NCBI GenBank assembly: GCA_016432325.1
Contig: CP066684.1
Coordinates: 640,001 to 704,000, forward strand
Direction of reading: 5' to 3'
Length of the DNA stretch: 64,000 nt
From: Candidatus Aenigmatarchaeota archaeon
GTDB taxonomy: Archaea; Aenigmatarchaeota; Aenigmatarchaeia; PWEA01; JACQIF01
This document shows positions 1-8,948 of the stretch, one piece after another. A program made the position numbers and the translations under genes. Under the pieces are notes generated by a model that worked only from the letters and a program-made list of their open reading frames with translations, was not told the origin of the DNA and searched no databases. Each line of letters opens with the position of its first letter. Within the stretch, counting starts at the first letter, position 1.

Positions 1-9
1 CGCTTCCCT

Positions 10-891
10 ATGAGAGCCAACCTTCACGTGCATACGACGATATCCGACGGCAAGAACGGTCCCGAAGAAGTCGTACGCATAGCCAAGGCAGGCAATGTGG
101 ATGTTATCGCCATAACCGACCACGATGCGACAGAAGGAATCGGCCGCGCCGTCAACGCGGGGCACAATCTTGGGATCTACGTCATTCCTGGCATAGAGGT
201 CAGCGCCAGCCATCTAGGGGAGAGCGTCCACATTCTGGGCTACTTCGTCGACACCGAAGCCGGCGGCTTCACGGATTTCATAGAGTCGCAACGCAGAAAC
301 AGGAACGAAGTCCTTGCAAACAGAATAGCAAAGGTCAACGGACATCTCGGAACGGATCTGACTCTGGAGGGCGTGGCAGGCGATTCGCTGACGCCAACGA
401 AGGCGCATCTTGGCGACGCGATTGTCGCAAGGGGCTTTGCCACGGACGTGAGGGACGCAATAGAGAAGTACCTGTCTAAAGGCACGCCGTGCTACGTCCA
501 GAGCGAGCGGGACCCGGCGCCTCAGGAAGCGGTGCGCATCATTCATGATGCCGGAGGGCTGGCCGTCTGGGCCCATCCTCTATATCCGTCAAAGATAAAG
601 GAGTTCGATCACGCAGAGCTGTTCGCGGAGCTGATAGACGCGGGCCTCGATGGGGTGGAACGCCATTTCGACTACGAAGACAAGACGCCTGAGATACCGC
701 AGGCGCTGCTCAAGACTTTTGAAGAACTTGCTTCCCAGAATGGCCTGCTCTCGACAGGCGGCAGCGATTACCACGGCTACTGGAAGCGTGCCAAGATAGA
801 TCAGACAGTCGTCGGGGACGATGTTGTGAACGCCCTTCTCGGCAGGAAGAGAAAGTCGGACATGCGTTGTTTAAATAATCCGCCGGCTTAA
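10..891 (+). CDS. PHP-family phosphoesterase (TrpH/YciV-like)
   Basis: LHVHT..SDG, AITDHD, GIEVS, AHP and GGSDYHG motifs. Confidence 0.9.
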   Translation: MRANLHVHTTISDGKNGPEEVVRIAKAGNVDVIAITDHDATEGIGRAVNAGHNLGIYVIPGIEVSASHLGESVHILGYFVDTEAGGFTDFIESQRRNRNEVLANRIAKVNGHLGTDLTLEGVAGDSLTPTKAHLGDAIVARGFATDVRDAIEKYLSKGTPCYVQSERDPAPQEAVRIIHDAGGLAVWAHPLYPSKIKEFDHAELFAELIDAGLDGVERHFDYEDKTPEIPQALLKTFEELASQNGLLSTGGSDYHGYWKRAKIDQTVVGDDVVNALLGRKRKSDMRCLNNPPA

Positions 892-901
892 TCGCGAACA
901 G

Positions 902-1118
902 GGGCCGGTGGTCTAGTGGAAGCGCCTTTTTGCCGCGGCAAAAACCCGCGGGAAATCCGCTGACGCCACAATGACGTCTGCTTTGCATTCGCGAAACTTC
1001 GAAATGAAGTTTCGTACGCACAAAACAGCAGAAGGCCGTGGGTTCAAAGGCAAACGCCTGCGTTTGCATTCCGGGTTCGCCTGTGAATTCAACGCCGAAA
1101 TTCCCACCCGGTCCACCA
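902..1118 (+). tRNA. tRNA-Ala(UGC) with three BHB introns (922-971, 988-1026, 1049-1101); CCA encoded
   Basis: Spliced 75-nt cloverleaf GGGCCGG/CCGGTCC-A-CCA; anticodon arm TCTGC TT TGC AA GCAGA; BHB helices GTGG/CCAC, TTTG/CAAA, TTCA/CGAA (one mismatch). Confidence 0.9.
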
Positions 1119-1130
1119 ATATTTTAAAAC

Positions 1131-1209
1131 GTGGACCTTCGAATGAAATTCGAAAACTTCGAACCGCCGTTCGAAGACCTTTGAAACCGCAGTTTCGTTG
1201 GGTCCACCA
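1131..1209. repeat. Hairpin cassette ending in a copy of the tRNA-Ala 3' end (GGTCCACCA)
   Basis: GTGGACC...GGTCCAC stem; GGTCCACCA at 1110-1118 and 1201-1209. Confidence 0.7.
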
Positions 1210-1244
1210 CCATTGTTATATAATCTGTTCGGTAAAGTGATATC

Positions 1245-1685
1245 ATGAACGCAGGAAATGACGTGTTCCCACGCGGCGTCGAAATCGTGAGCGGCGCGAT
1301 AATAAGGAGGGATGGAAAGATTCTGCTGACGAAATCTCCAAAATGGCATAACAAGTGGGTGCTTCCCGGCGGACATATAGAGGCTGGCGAACGCATTCTC
1401 GAAGCCGCCATGCGTGAAGGAGAGGAGGAAACGGGACTGAAGTTGAAGCCCGTGACTATCTTGCTGTTCGGCGAGCTCATTAATTCCAAGGATTTTCACC
1501 GTCCGGCCCACTTCATCTTTTTCGACGGTATCTTCGACGTCATCGGCGGCGAATTGAAACTACAGCAGAATGAGCTGACAGAATCCAAATGGCTCACGCC
1601 TGAGGAAGCGCTGAAGCTGGATCTGGCCGATGGCTACCCAGAGACGTTACAAAGATACATTGGGTTCCTGAAATCCAAGGTCTAG
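1245..1685 (+). CDS. NUDIX hydrolase
   Basis: Nudix box GGHIEAGE...AAMREGEEETGL. Confidence 0.92.
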   Translation: MNAGNDVFPRGVEIVSGAIIRRDGKILLTKSPKWHNKWVLPGGHIEAGERILEAAMREGEEETGLKLKPVTILLFGELINSKDFHRPAHFIFFDGIFDVIGGELKLQQNELTESKWLTPEEALKLDLADGYPETLQRYIGFLKSKV

Positions 1686-1688
1686 AAC

Positions 1689-2168
1689 TCACAAAGGCCG
1701 TCGCGCAGGGCGCGGCGGCGCGCTTTCCAGAGGCCGCTTCTCCATTATTTCACGGAGCTGTCCCGAAGATTCTTCGCCTATTCGAACGGTGACCTTAAGC
1801 CTCGGGTCGTTTGGGAACATTTCAGACAGGCTGAGCTCTTTCTCGAAGGCCTTGCCTTTCTCAAATTTGTCGCGGCCGACGACGAAGTACATCGCGCCGA
1901 CAGTTATTTTTGGCGTAGGCGGCGCGAAGCTGTGGCCTACATCCTGCGTGACTTCGTAGCCCACGACGTCGTCGTTCCACGAAATAACCTCAGCGAACGG
2001 CCTTCTTACGGACCCGTTTTCCTTCAATCCAAAAATTTCGTCGTGCGACCTGAACAGGCCGCCTGTAACATAGCCGAAGTTGTTCTCGAGTCTCTCGAAC
2101 ATTCCGACGTATTCCGTGTAGGGCTTGAATTTTGCTATTTCGATTTCGTGGACTTTCTTGCCTTTCAT
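1689..2168 (-). CDS. hypothetical protein (paralog of 2173-2616)
   Basis: Aligns by eye over most of its length with the neighbouring ORF (YVGMF..LENNFG.V.GGL.R.H; EVISWN.DV.GYEVTQ). Confidence 0.75.
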   Translation of the reverse strand: MKGKKVHEIEIAKFKPYTEYVGMFERLENNFGYVTGGLFRSHDEIFGLKENGSVRRPFAEVISWNDDVVGYEVTQDVGHSFAPPTPKITVGAMYFVVGRDKFEKGKAFEKELSLSEMFPNDPRLKVTVRIGEESSGQLREIMEKRPLESAPPRPARRPL

Positions 2169-2172
2169 AACA

Positions 2173-2616
2173 TCACGTCAGTTTTGGCCTCATGCTCTCA
2201 ACGATCGCCAGAAGACGTCGCTTTTCCTTTTCGTCCATTCGAACCGTGACCGCGAGGTCCGGGTGCTTTATTTCCGCCGAGATATACAGTTCCTTCTCTA
2301 TGGGACCCGCTCTCTCCAGTTGCTCCACACCGACGACGAAGTAGACGTTGCCCACCGTCCTTTTCGGAGTAGGCGGAAACGGGCTGTGGCCTGTCTGCTG
2401 CGTGACCTCATAACCGATGACATCTTTGTTCCACGAGATTACCTCCGTGATGGGCTCACGGATGAAGCTGTCTCCTCTGATATCGAAGAGCCTTCTATGA
2501 GTTCTCAGCAGGCCGCTGGTCACGCGACCGAAATTGTTCTCAAGGGCGTTGAACATGCCGACGTACCCGCCGTAAGGCTCGAACTTCCCTATCTCTATTT
2601 TGTGGATCTCTTTCAT
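2173..2616 (-). CDS. hypothetical protein (paralog of 1689-2168)
   Basis: Tandem duplicate, operon-like spacing. Confidence 0.75.
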   Translation of the reverse strand: MKEIHKIEIGKFEPYGGYVGMFNALENNFGRVTSGLLRTHRRLFDIRGDSFIREPITEVISWNKDVIGYEVTQQTGHSPFPPTPKRTVGNVYFVVGVEQLERAGPIEKELYISAEIKHPDLAVTVRMDEKEKRRLLAIVESMRPKLT

Positions 2617-2620
2617 CGCA

Positions 2621-3019
2621 TCAACACGCGTTGGGTGGCTTGACTTCGTGCTCGTATTGTTCTATCACGGTCCTGTGCATCTCGCGGGCTTGGCCGTTGA
2701 CGAATATCCTGTCCGCGGCGGGATCCAATTCCAGGTCCTCGAAGCATCTGTCTATCATGCCGCCGGAGAACATGTACGTTCCCACTCTTTCCGGATTCCC
2801 GGGGAGTTGGCCTTTTCCCACGGTCGGGCCTGCGTAGTAGAATATCACGCCTCTGGGCGGCAGCGGGTTGCCTCTCTCGTCCATAGGCTGGGGGTCCATG
2901 AGCCTGCCGTCTCCGTCTCTACGGGGAATCTCAATCAGAACCAAATCATTCTTTCTAATCGTGCCGTCGTCAGCGACAGCCAATTCATTCGCTCGTATCT
3001 CATGCGCTTCCGTTGCCAA
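2621..3019 (-). CDS. hypothetical protein
   Basis: ORF 4 nt upstream of the paralog pair; TATA-like tract upstream. Confidence 0.6.
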   Translation of the reverse strand: MATEAHEIRANELAVADDGTIRKNDLVLIEIPRRDGDGRLMDPQPMDERGNPLPPRGVIFYYAGPTVGKGQLPGNPERVGTYMFSGGMIDRCFEDLELDPAADRIFVNGQAREMHRTVIEQYEHEVKPPNAC

Positions 3020-3109
3020 GAAACCCGCTTCTAGTTTGCACGAAGATGGATAAATAGATTTGCCGTGACGCCGCGGCGAAAATCGCGCTTAAATACCTTT
3101 GCAAACCAA

Positions 3110-3793
3110 GAATTGGAAGCATAATAGGGTCTTGTCTGCGGAAGAGTCGTCCCGACTCGCCCAACCGCAAACATATCAGAGTACCCGGCTGAAGTGACTG
3201 TTCGGTCGCGGTGTGTTGAAAAGGACAAGATGTGTTTTCTAGACCCTGATGGTTTCGGGAAGAGAGTTAGCAAGATAGAGAAAGTTAGCTATGCCGTTTG
3301 AATATGCAAAACGCTTCTGTGAGAAGCGCGCATCTAAAACGGCCCAATAACAAGTTCGGATCCCGACCACAAGTCGGGGTTTTAGGCTGAAAAGACAGCG
3401 ATGATCGCAAAATCGTAAGTATGTTACTTACGGGGTCTGAGAGTTGTCGGGAACATAGGCGACAGTGAGTATGTGAATACCCAAAGACCGTGCCTTCTTC
3501 CGCCATCAAGGTGGAAGACTAACCGATTGTGGAATCGTTGGAAAGCGCGGGATGATTGTTTAGGAAATGATACGAGTCGCAAAACTGCTTCGCAGCAGTC
3601 TGGCTGATACCTCTGCCAGTTGCGTGGAACGCGCGATGTTCCGCTTGAAGTTCCTCATTATTCGTAAAGATGACGCCGTGCAAAGGTCCCATATTGAAAC
3701 ACAGGTTTCAAGATTTTCTGGTAAACAGAAAACTTGAGACAAGGTTTCAAGAAAAACACTTGAACAAATCAAGGTTCGATAGACCATGTTCGT
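3110..3793 (+). ncRNA. Long structured 5' leader of the 23S rRNA transcript, including the 5' strand of the processing stem
   Basis: TTAAATA near 3090; more than 10 hairpins; 3675-3690 is perfectly complementary to 7090-7105; about 3731-3791 pairs with about 6987-7070. Confidence 0.6.
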
Positions 3794-5403
3794 AAAGCTA
3801 CGCCGGCTGGTGGATGGCTTGGCTTGGGAGCTTAAGAAGGTCGTGGCAAGCAGCGATATGCTCGGGGTAGGCGCAAGTAGCCTTTGAACCCGAGATTGCC
3901 TAATGCGACTTCGCTTCCTCTTCGGAGGAAGGTCCGTAAGGACAGGGAACCCGCTGAATTGAAGCGTCTTAGTAAGCGGAGGAAGAGATACGAGAGTATG
4001 CCGTCAATAGGGGCGACCGAACGCGGCACAGGGCGATCCGAATCGCTCCAGAAATGGAAGCGAGATGTGGCGCGCACGCATTTCTTAACCGCGCGAGCGG
4101 AAGTGGACTGGAACGTCCCGCGACAAAGGGTGATAGCCCCGTACGCGAACCGCGGAAGAAAATTGTGCGCAGAGAGTACGGCTCCCCGGATACGGAGTCG
4201 GAAGACGGCGCGAACCAAGCGCCAACCCTAAACACTACCCAAGTCCGATAGTGAATTAGTATAGTGATAGAACGCTGAAAAACAGGGGTAACACCCGGTG
4301 AAAAGAATCTGAAGCCAGTCGGTTATAGTCAGCTCGGGGCCCGCAAGCCGCAAGGCGGGGTCCCGGCGTCCGTTTCGAAGAACGGGGTAGGGAGTTCATT
4401 TCAGTGGCGAGGCTAAGTCTCTTGCGAGACGGAGCCGAAGCGAAAGCGACTAGCGCGCAGGCAACGAGGCGCGCCGTGCGAAAGCGCGGGGAGTCACTGG
4501 GATGAGACCAGAAGGGCGTTGATCTATTCCTGGGCAGGGTGAAGTCGAGCGAAAGCTCGACGGAGGCCCGCCTCCGGTGTTGTGCTACGCATTCGGGCGA
4601 CCTGGGAATAGGGGTGAAAAGCCAATCGAAACGCCAGATAGCTGGTTCCTCTCGAAATGAGTTATAGCTCAGCCTCGGCGGAGACGTCATGCGGGGTAGA
4701 GTTACTGATTGAGGAGCAAAGGCGGGAAACTGCCAGCTCCGCTGTCAAACTCCGAATCCGTGTGAGTCGTAGAAGCCGGGAGTGAGTGCACGTGGATTAA
4801 GTTCGGTGCACGAAAGGGAGACAACCCAGACTGTGGTTAAGGTCCCTAAATATCTGCTAAGTCGGGAAGGTGGTCTCCAACCCAAAACAGCGGGGAGGTA
4901 GGCTTAGAAGCAGCCACCCTTTAAAAAGTTCGTAACAGATTACCCGTCTAGGTTGGGGGCGCTGAAAATGGACGGGGGTAAGCAGATTACCGATACCACA
5001 GACTACGTCTCAAGACGTTAGGTGTAGAGAGGCATGCCGCGGGGACAGAAGCGGGGGCGAAAGCTCCTGTGGACCCTGCGGTAAGGAAAATCCTACTGGT
5101 AGTAGCAGCGAACGTGGGTGAGAATCCCACGCGCCTTAAGGGCCAGGGTTCCTCGGCTCTGTAGATCAACCGAGGGTAAGCCGATCCTAACGCGTACCTT
5201 AACCGAGTACGCGGAAAGGGAAGCCGGTTAATATTCCGGCGCCACTGGCGGTTCATGTCGTTCAGGAAGCCTCAGGGTATGCCGAGTATGGCTGTCGCCT
5301 TATCGGATGTGCGAAACTGATGGAGTTTCGTAAGGAAGAGAAGTTGGCGAATCGCATTCGGCCGCTCGTACGAGCGGTTCGGCAAACCCCCGGGGCCGGT
5401 GAA

Positions 5404-5454
5404 AGCATATGAAAATCGCCGCGATTTTCTATTATCCGGCGCATATGCCACCAG
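5404..5454 (+). other. 23S BHB intron 1 (51 nt)
   Basis: GGTG-AA|A ... CACC-AG|A with GCATATG/CATATGC stem; splicing restores CCGGTGAAAGA. Confidence 0.85.
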
Positions 5455-5766
5455 AGACTGGACGATTATACCGCCGTGTCCGTACCCAAAACCGATACAG
5501 GTGCCCCTCGATGAATAGTCGAAGGCGTTGGGACAATCCAGGTCAGGGAAATCGGCAATTTAGCCCCGTACGTTCGCTATAAGGGGTGCCTGCCCTCGTG
5601 TGCTTGCATGCGAGGGCAGGTCGCAGTGACAAGGAGGAACCGACTGTTTAACAAAAACGTAGCCGGCTGCTAGATCGAAAGGTTGTGAATAGCCGGTGAG
5701 GCCTGCCCAGTGCCGGTGTGTCAAAGTTGGTTTCAACCGACCTAAGCCCCGGTAAACGGCGGCGAT

Positions 5767-5814
5767 AACGAACAAAAGCCGAGCTTTTGAAATTTCGGCG
5801 ACGTTCGTCGCCAA
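5767..5814 (+). other. 23S BHB intron 2 in helix 69 (48 nt)
   Basis: GGCG-AT|A ... CGCC-AA|A with ACGAAC/GTTCGT stem; splicing restores GGCGAT AACTCTG ATCGTC. Confidence 0.9.
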
Positions 5815-5841
5815 AACTCTGATCGTCTTAAGGTAGCGTAA

Positions 5842-6016
5842 ACATTGGCTCATCTAGTAACTCTGACTAGAGAGCAAGTTTGCTACTTTAAGAGTCTTCG
5901 TGCAGAAGACGGTTAGACGCTGTTTATTGGGAGACATATCGCACGGGCAACTCTTCGCACTCTGACAAAAGTGCGACCTTCAAGGGCAGTTTACAGGGAA
6001 TGAGCCAATGGCGCAA
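5842..6016 (+). other. 23S BHB intron 3 (175 nt, no ORF)
   Basis: GCGT-AA|A ... GCGC-AA|T with 11-bp CATTGGCTCAT/ATGAGCCAATG stem; splicing restores GGTAGCGTAATCCCTTGTCG. Confidence 0.92.
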
Positions 6017-6603
6017 TCCCTTGTCGATTGAATGTCGACCTGCATGAAGGGCTTAACGAGTTCCCCACTGTCCCGACCTGGAGGCCAGCGAACCTGCCAT
6101 TCAAGTGAATAAGCTTGAGACCCCTGAAGGGAAGAGGAGACCCCGTAGAGCTTTACTGCAGCCTGATGCTGCTGTACGGTTTCTTTTACAGAGCGTAGGC
6201 GGGAGCCTTCGAAGCGTTTTCTCCGGAAGACGTGGAGGCGCCAATGGAACACCGCCTATTAGAGACCGTACGGCTTACGCGCTTGCGCGGACACCATCAG
6301 GTGGGCAGTTTGACTGGGGCGGTACGCTGTTGAAAAGGCATCAACAGCCCCCTAAGCTCAGCTCATCCGGGTCGGAAATCCGGAGTAGAGTGCAAGAGCA
6401 AAAGCTGGGTTGACTGGACCCCGAACAACGACGGGTCCAGAGGCGAAAGCCGGGTCTAGCGAAACTCTGTGTGCGCATTGGTAGCGCCCAGAGATATGAG
6501 AAAAGTTACCTCGGGGATAACCGGGTCGTAGTGGCCGAAAGCCCACATTGACGCCACGTGTTGCTACATCGCTGTCGGCTCATCTCCTCCTGGCTGTGCA
6601 GCA

Positions 6604-6638
6604 AGACTTTTAGGAGAAGAATCCTACTGGTTCTGCAT
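6604..6638 (+). other. 23S BHB intron 4 in the helix 91 loop (35 nt)
   Basis: GCAG-CA|A ... CTGC-AT|G; splicing restores CCTGGCTGTGCAGCAGCAGCCAAGGG. Confidence 0.88.
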
Positions 6639-7171
6639 GCAGCCAAGGGTGAGGGTGTTCACCTATTAAAGAGGTACGTTAGCTGGGTTCAGAACGTCGT
6701 GAGACAGTTTGGTCTATATCTTTCAGGGGTGTTTAGTGCCTGAGGGGAAGGAAGGATTAGTACGAAAGGAACATCCTTTCGACGCCACTGGTTTACCTGT
6801 TGTCCGACCGGGCATTGCAGGGCAGCTACGCGTCAATCGATAAGGGCTGAAAGCATCTAAGCTCGAAGCGATCCTCAAAAAGAGGCACACGGCTCTCTTA
6901 GAAGAAGAGTTTGATAGGCATGGGGTGTAAGCGCGAAGCCTCGGCGACGCGTTCAGCCCGCGTGTACTAATCGCCGGAATTATCTTGAACATGGTTTATC
7001 ACAAACCTTGAGTTCAAACAGCGGTAGCTTCGGCTATCGTCAGAGTGTTTTCCTGAACATTGTTTCGGGTTTGCGGCATTCGCCGCAAAGGGACCTTTGC
7101 ACGGCATAATTATTTTCGTTTAACATCCGTTCAGCCCGGGCTATTTATTCCGGTTTCTCTAAAATCCATAT

Positions 7172-7678
7172 GTGAAGGGGGACACGGAGTACTGGGGACG
7201 CCTCGCGCATACACTCAAAAGCGAAGAGGCGCATATGAAAAGCCTGACAAGCCCGTGTGATACCGAGGCTCAGGAGCACTCTCTGCTGATTATGGGCGCG
7301 TCTCTGGCCGTCGGGCAGGCAACCACTGAATTCTACGCGCTTCTGGGGCGCGGGCATGGAAAGGTTCCAACGGTCTGCATATTCCCTGGCACATTTGAGT
7401 ACCACGGCGATGACGCAACGTACGAGTCCACCGACGACAGGCCCGGATTCAGGCTGAGGATAAAGAAAGGCGGTCTCGGACTCACGGAATTTGAAACAGG
7501 CGGCATGCTGAGGTGGGCGACAGACCTTCCGGACACGGATCACTGCATCCGGTTCCCGAAAGAGGAAGCGCAGGCGATGGTATCATACAGCGACCCCGAC
7601 ATACGCACGTGGGACAACGCGCTTCTGATGTGGGAAGTCGGCGAGCGTACTCTGGGAACCCCCGCGCGCAACACATGA
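7172..7678 (+). CDS. hypothetical protein
   Basis: ORF with protein-like composition downstream of a TTTATT tract; start uncertain. Confidence 0.55.
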   Translation: MKGDTEYWGRLAHTLKSEEAHMKSLTSPCDTEAQEHSLLIMGASLAVGQATTEFYALLGRGHGKVPTVCIFPGTFEYHGDDATYESTDDRPGFRLRIKKGGLGLTEFETGGMLRWATDLPDTDHCIRFPKEEAQAMVSYSDPDIRTWDNALLMWEVGERTLGTPARNT

Positions 7679-7724
7679 ATTCGGCGTTCTCGACCGTTAA
7701 ATCCTTTCGTTCCCAACTATTCGC

Positions 7725-8261
7725 ATGCACCCGAAGTTCCCCGAAGAGGTCGCGTATCTCGGCGGTCTTCTGAGAAGCAGCAGGCTCGTCAAGAACGGCG
7801 AGGATTTTGAGATACACATGGAACACGAGCGCGAGTTTCTGGAAGCCGTTGATGCGGTCCTGAAGAACAAGGTGGGCGGCAAGTACAAAACCGAAGGAAA
7901 CAGGCTCGTAATCCACGGCGCGGACCTGTTTGACGTGCTCGTCACGTTCTTCGGTCATCCCGACGAGAACGGCCGCTGGGCCCTGACACAGGAGATACGC
8001 GACGGACGTCTCGAACACAGGCGTGCGTTTTTGCGCGGGCTCTTCGATTCGATGGGTTCCCTGGACAAGACGCTCGTGATGAAGTACGGCTGGCACAAGG
8101 ACGATTTGAAAGAAATCTCCGGCCTGCTCGCGGATTTCGATGTCAAGCACTCTGTGAAAGGGAACGAACTGCACGTCCGTGACCTGCGAACGTTCGCTTC
8201 GCGCATCGGAACTCTCAGGCCTTCTCACGAGAAGAGGCTGGCAGCTGTTCTCGCCGGATGA
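7725..8261 (+). CDS. Free-standing LAGLIDADG-like domain protein, degenerate
   Basis: EEVAYLGGLL and AFLRGLFDSMGS helices; C-terminal F..RIG...P.H..RL pattern. Confidence 0.65.
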   Translation: MHPKFPEEVAYLGGLLRSSRLVKNGEDFEIHMEHEREFLEAVDAVLKNKVGGKYKTEGNRLVIHGADLFDVLVTFFGHPDENGRWALTQEIRDGRLEHRRAFLRGLFDSMGSLDKTLVMKYGWHKDDLKEISGLLADFDVKHSVKGNELHVRDLRTFASRIGTLRPSHEKRLAAVLAG

Positions 8262-8264
8262 TTC

Positions 8265-8885
8265 TTATTCAAAGATTCTCGTTCCGTAGGGCCACATTTT
8301 GAAGGCTTCCCAGACGGTGTGCGTCTGAGGGGAGTATATGGCGGCTCCCGTCTTTGTCGGCCTTACTGTATCGCAGTCAAGCGAGACGAGGCTGTTCTTC
8401 TCCAGACGGCTCACGTGTTTTCGCATTTGCTCCTTTCCTGCCATATGGATATTCGCCAAATCGCCGAGCGTCAGCTCTCCGGCCTCGGCGATTGCTCTCA
8501 TTGTCGTGGCCGAGTTGCGCATGACAGGCGCCTGTTCTATCTCGAGAAGCAGGCGGGCCAGCGCCGGAGTATCCCCGAGGGCGGTGTAGTACAGGTTCCT
8601 CCCTGCGTACGTCCTGTCTCTCCCGCCGCCGCAATTGGTCCCAGCGACTATACTGTATCCCCTGCCGCCTATGGACGGAGACAGATACGCTGCATCGGAG
8701 ACGTTGCCGAATATCGCGGGCAGCTGCTTGGCGATAAGTTTGATGCCGTTGCCCTCGAAGTACGAAAGCCATTCCTTTGTGAAGCCGCCGAAGTTTGAGG
8801 CGAATCTCTTGACATCGGCGTCCTTCTCAACCAGCGCTCTCGCCCGGATTATCTGCTCCGAAGGTCCTTGCCATGACATAAACAT
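8265..8885 (-). CDS. hypothetical protein with C-terminal winged HTH
   Basis: ELTLGDLA...MRKHVSRLEKNSLV...PTKTG. Confidence 0.6.
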   Translation of the reverse strand: MFMSWQGPSEQIIRARALVEKDADVKRFASNFGGFTKEWLSYFEGNGIKLIAKQLPAIFGNVSDAAYLSPSIGGRGYSIVAGTNCGGGRDRTYAGRNLYYTALGDTPALARLLLEIEQAPVMRNSATTMRAIAEAGELTLGDLANIHMAGKEQMRKHVSRLEKNSLVSLDCDTVRPTKTGAAIYSPQTHTVWEAFKMWPYGTRIFE

Positions 8886-8948
8886 ACACCGTAAGTCCCT
8901 GCGAGTGGTTACAATAGCTATTTAAGCGTTGCGCGCGCACGCGTAACC

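Larger units (their letters stand above)
3795..6982 (+). rRNA. rrl: 23S rRNA, not linked to 16S/5S in this window, with four BHB introns; ends approximate
   Basis: Universal motifs: GGTGGATGG, GATAGCTGGTT, GGCTTAGAAGCAGCCA, GTAAACGGCGG, CAGTTTGACTGGGGCGG, GCTGGGTTCAGAACGTCGTGAGACAG, sarcin-ricin AGTACGAAAGGAAC. Confidence 0.98.

Noticed and set aside
5881-5936. Canonical H/ACA or C/D guide in 23S intron 3
   Set aside because: No unpaired U-N in the pocket, ACA about 23 nt away instead of 14-16, and no RUGAUGA box; the antisense pairing itself is kept as a finding
3832-6992. ORF-track ORFs over the 23S gene
   Set aside because: They overlap conserved rRNA and show no protein motifs
6990-7110. 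5S rRNA after 23S
   Set aside because: No 5S motifs; the sequence is explained as the 3' strand of the processing stem plus short hairpins
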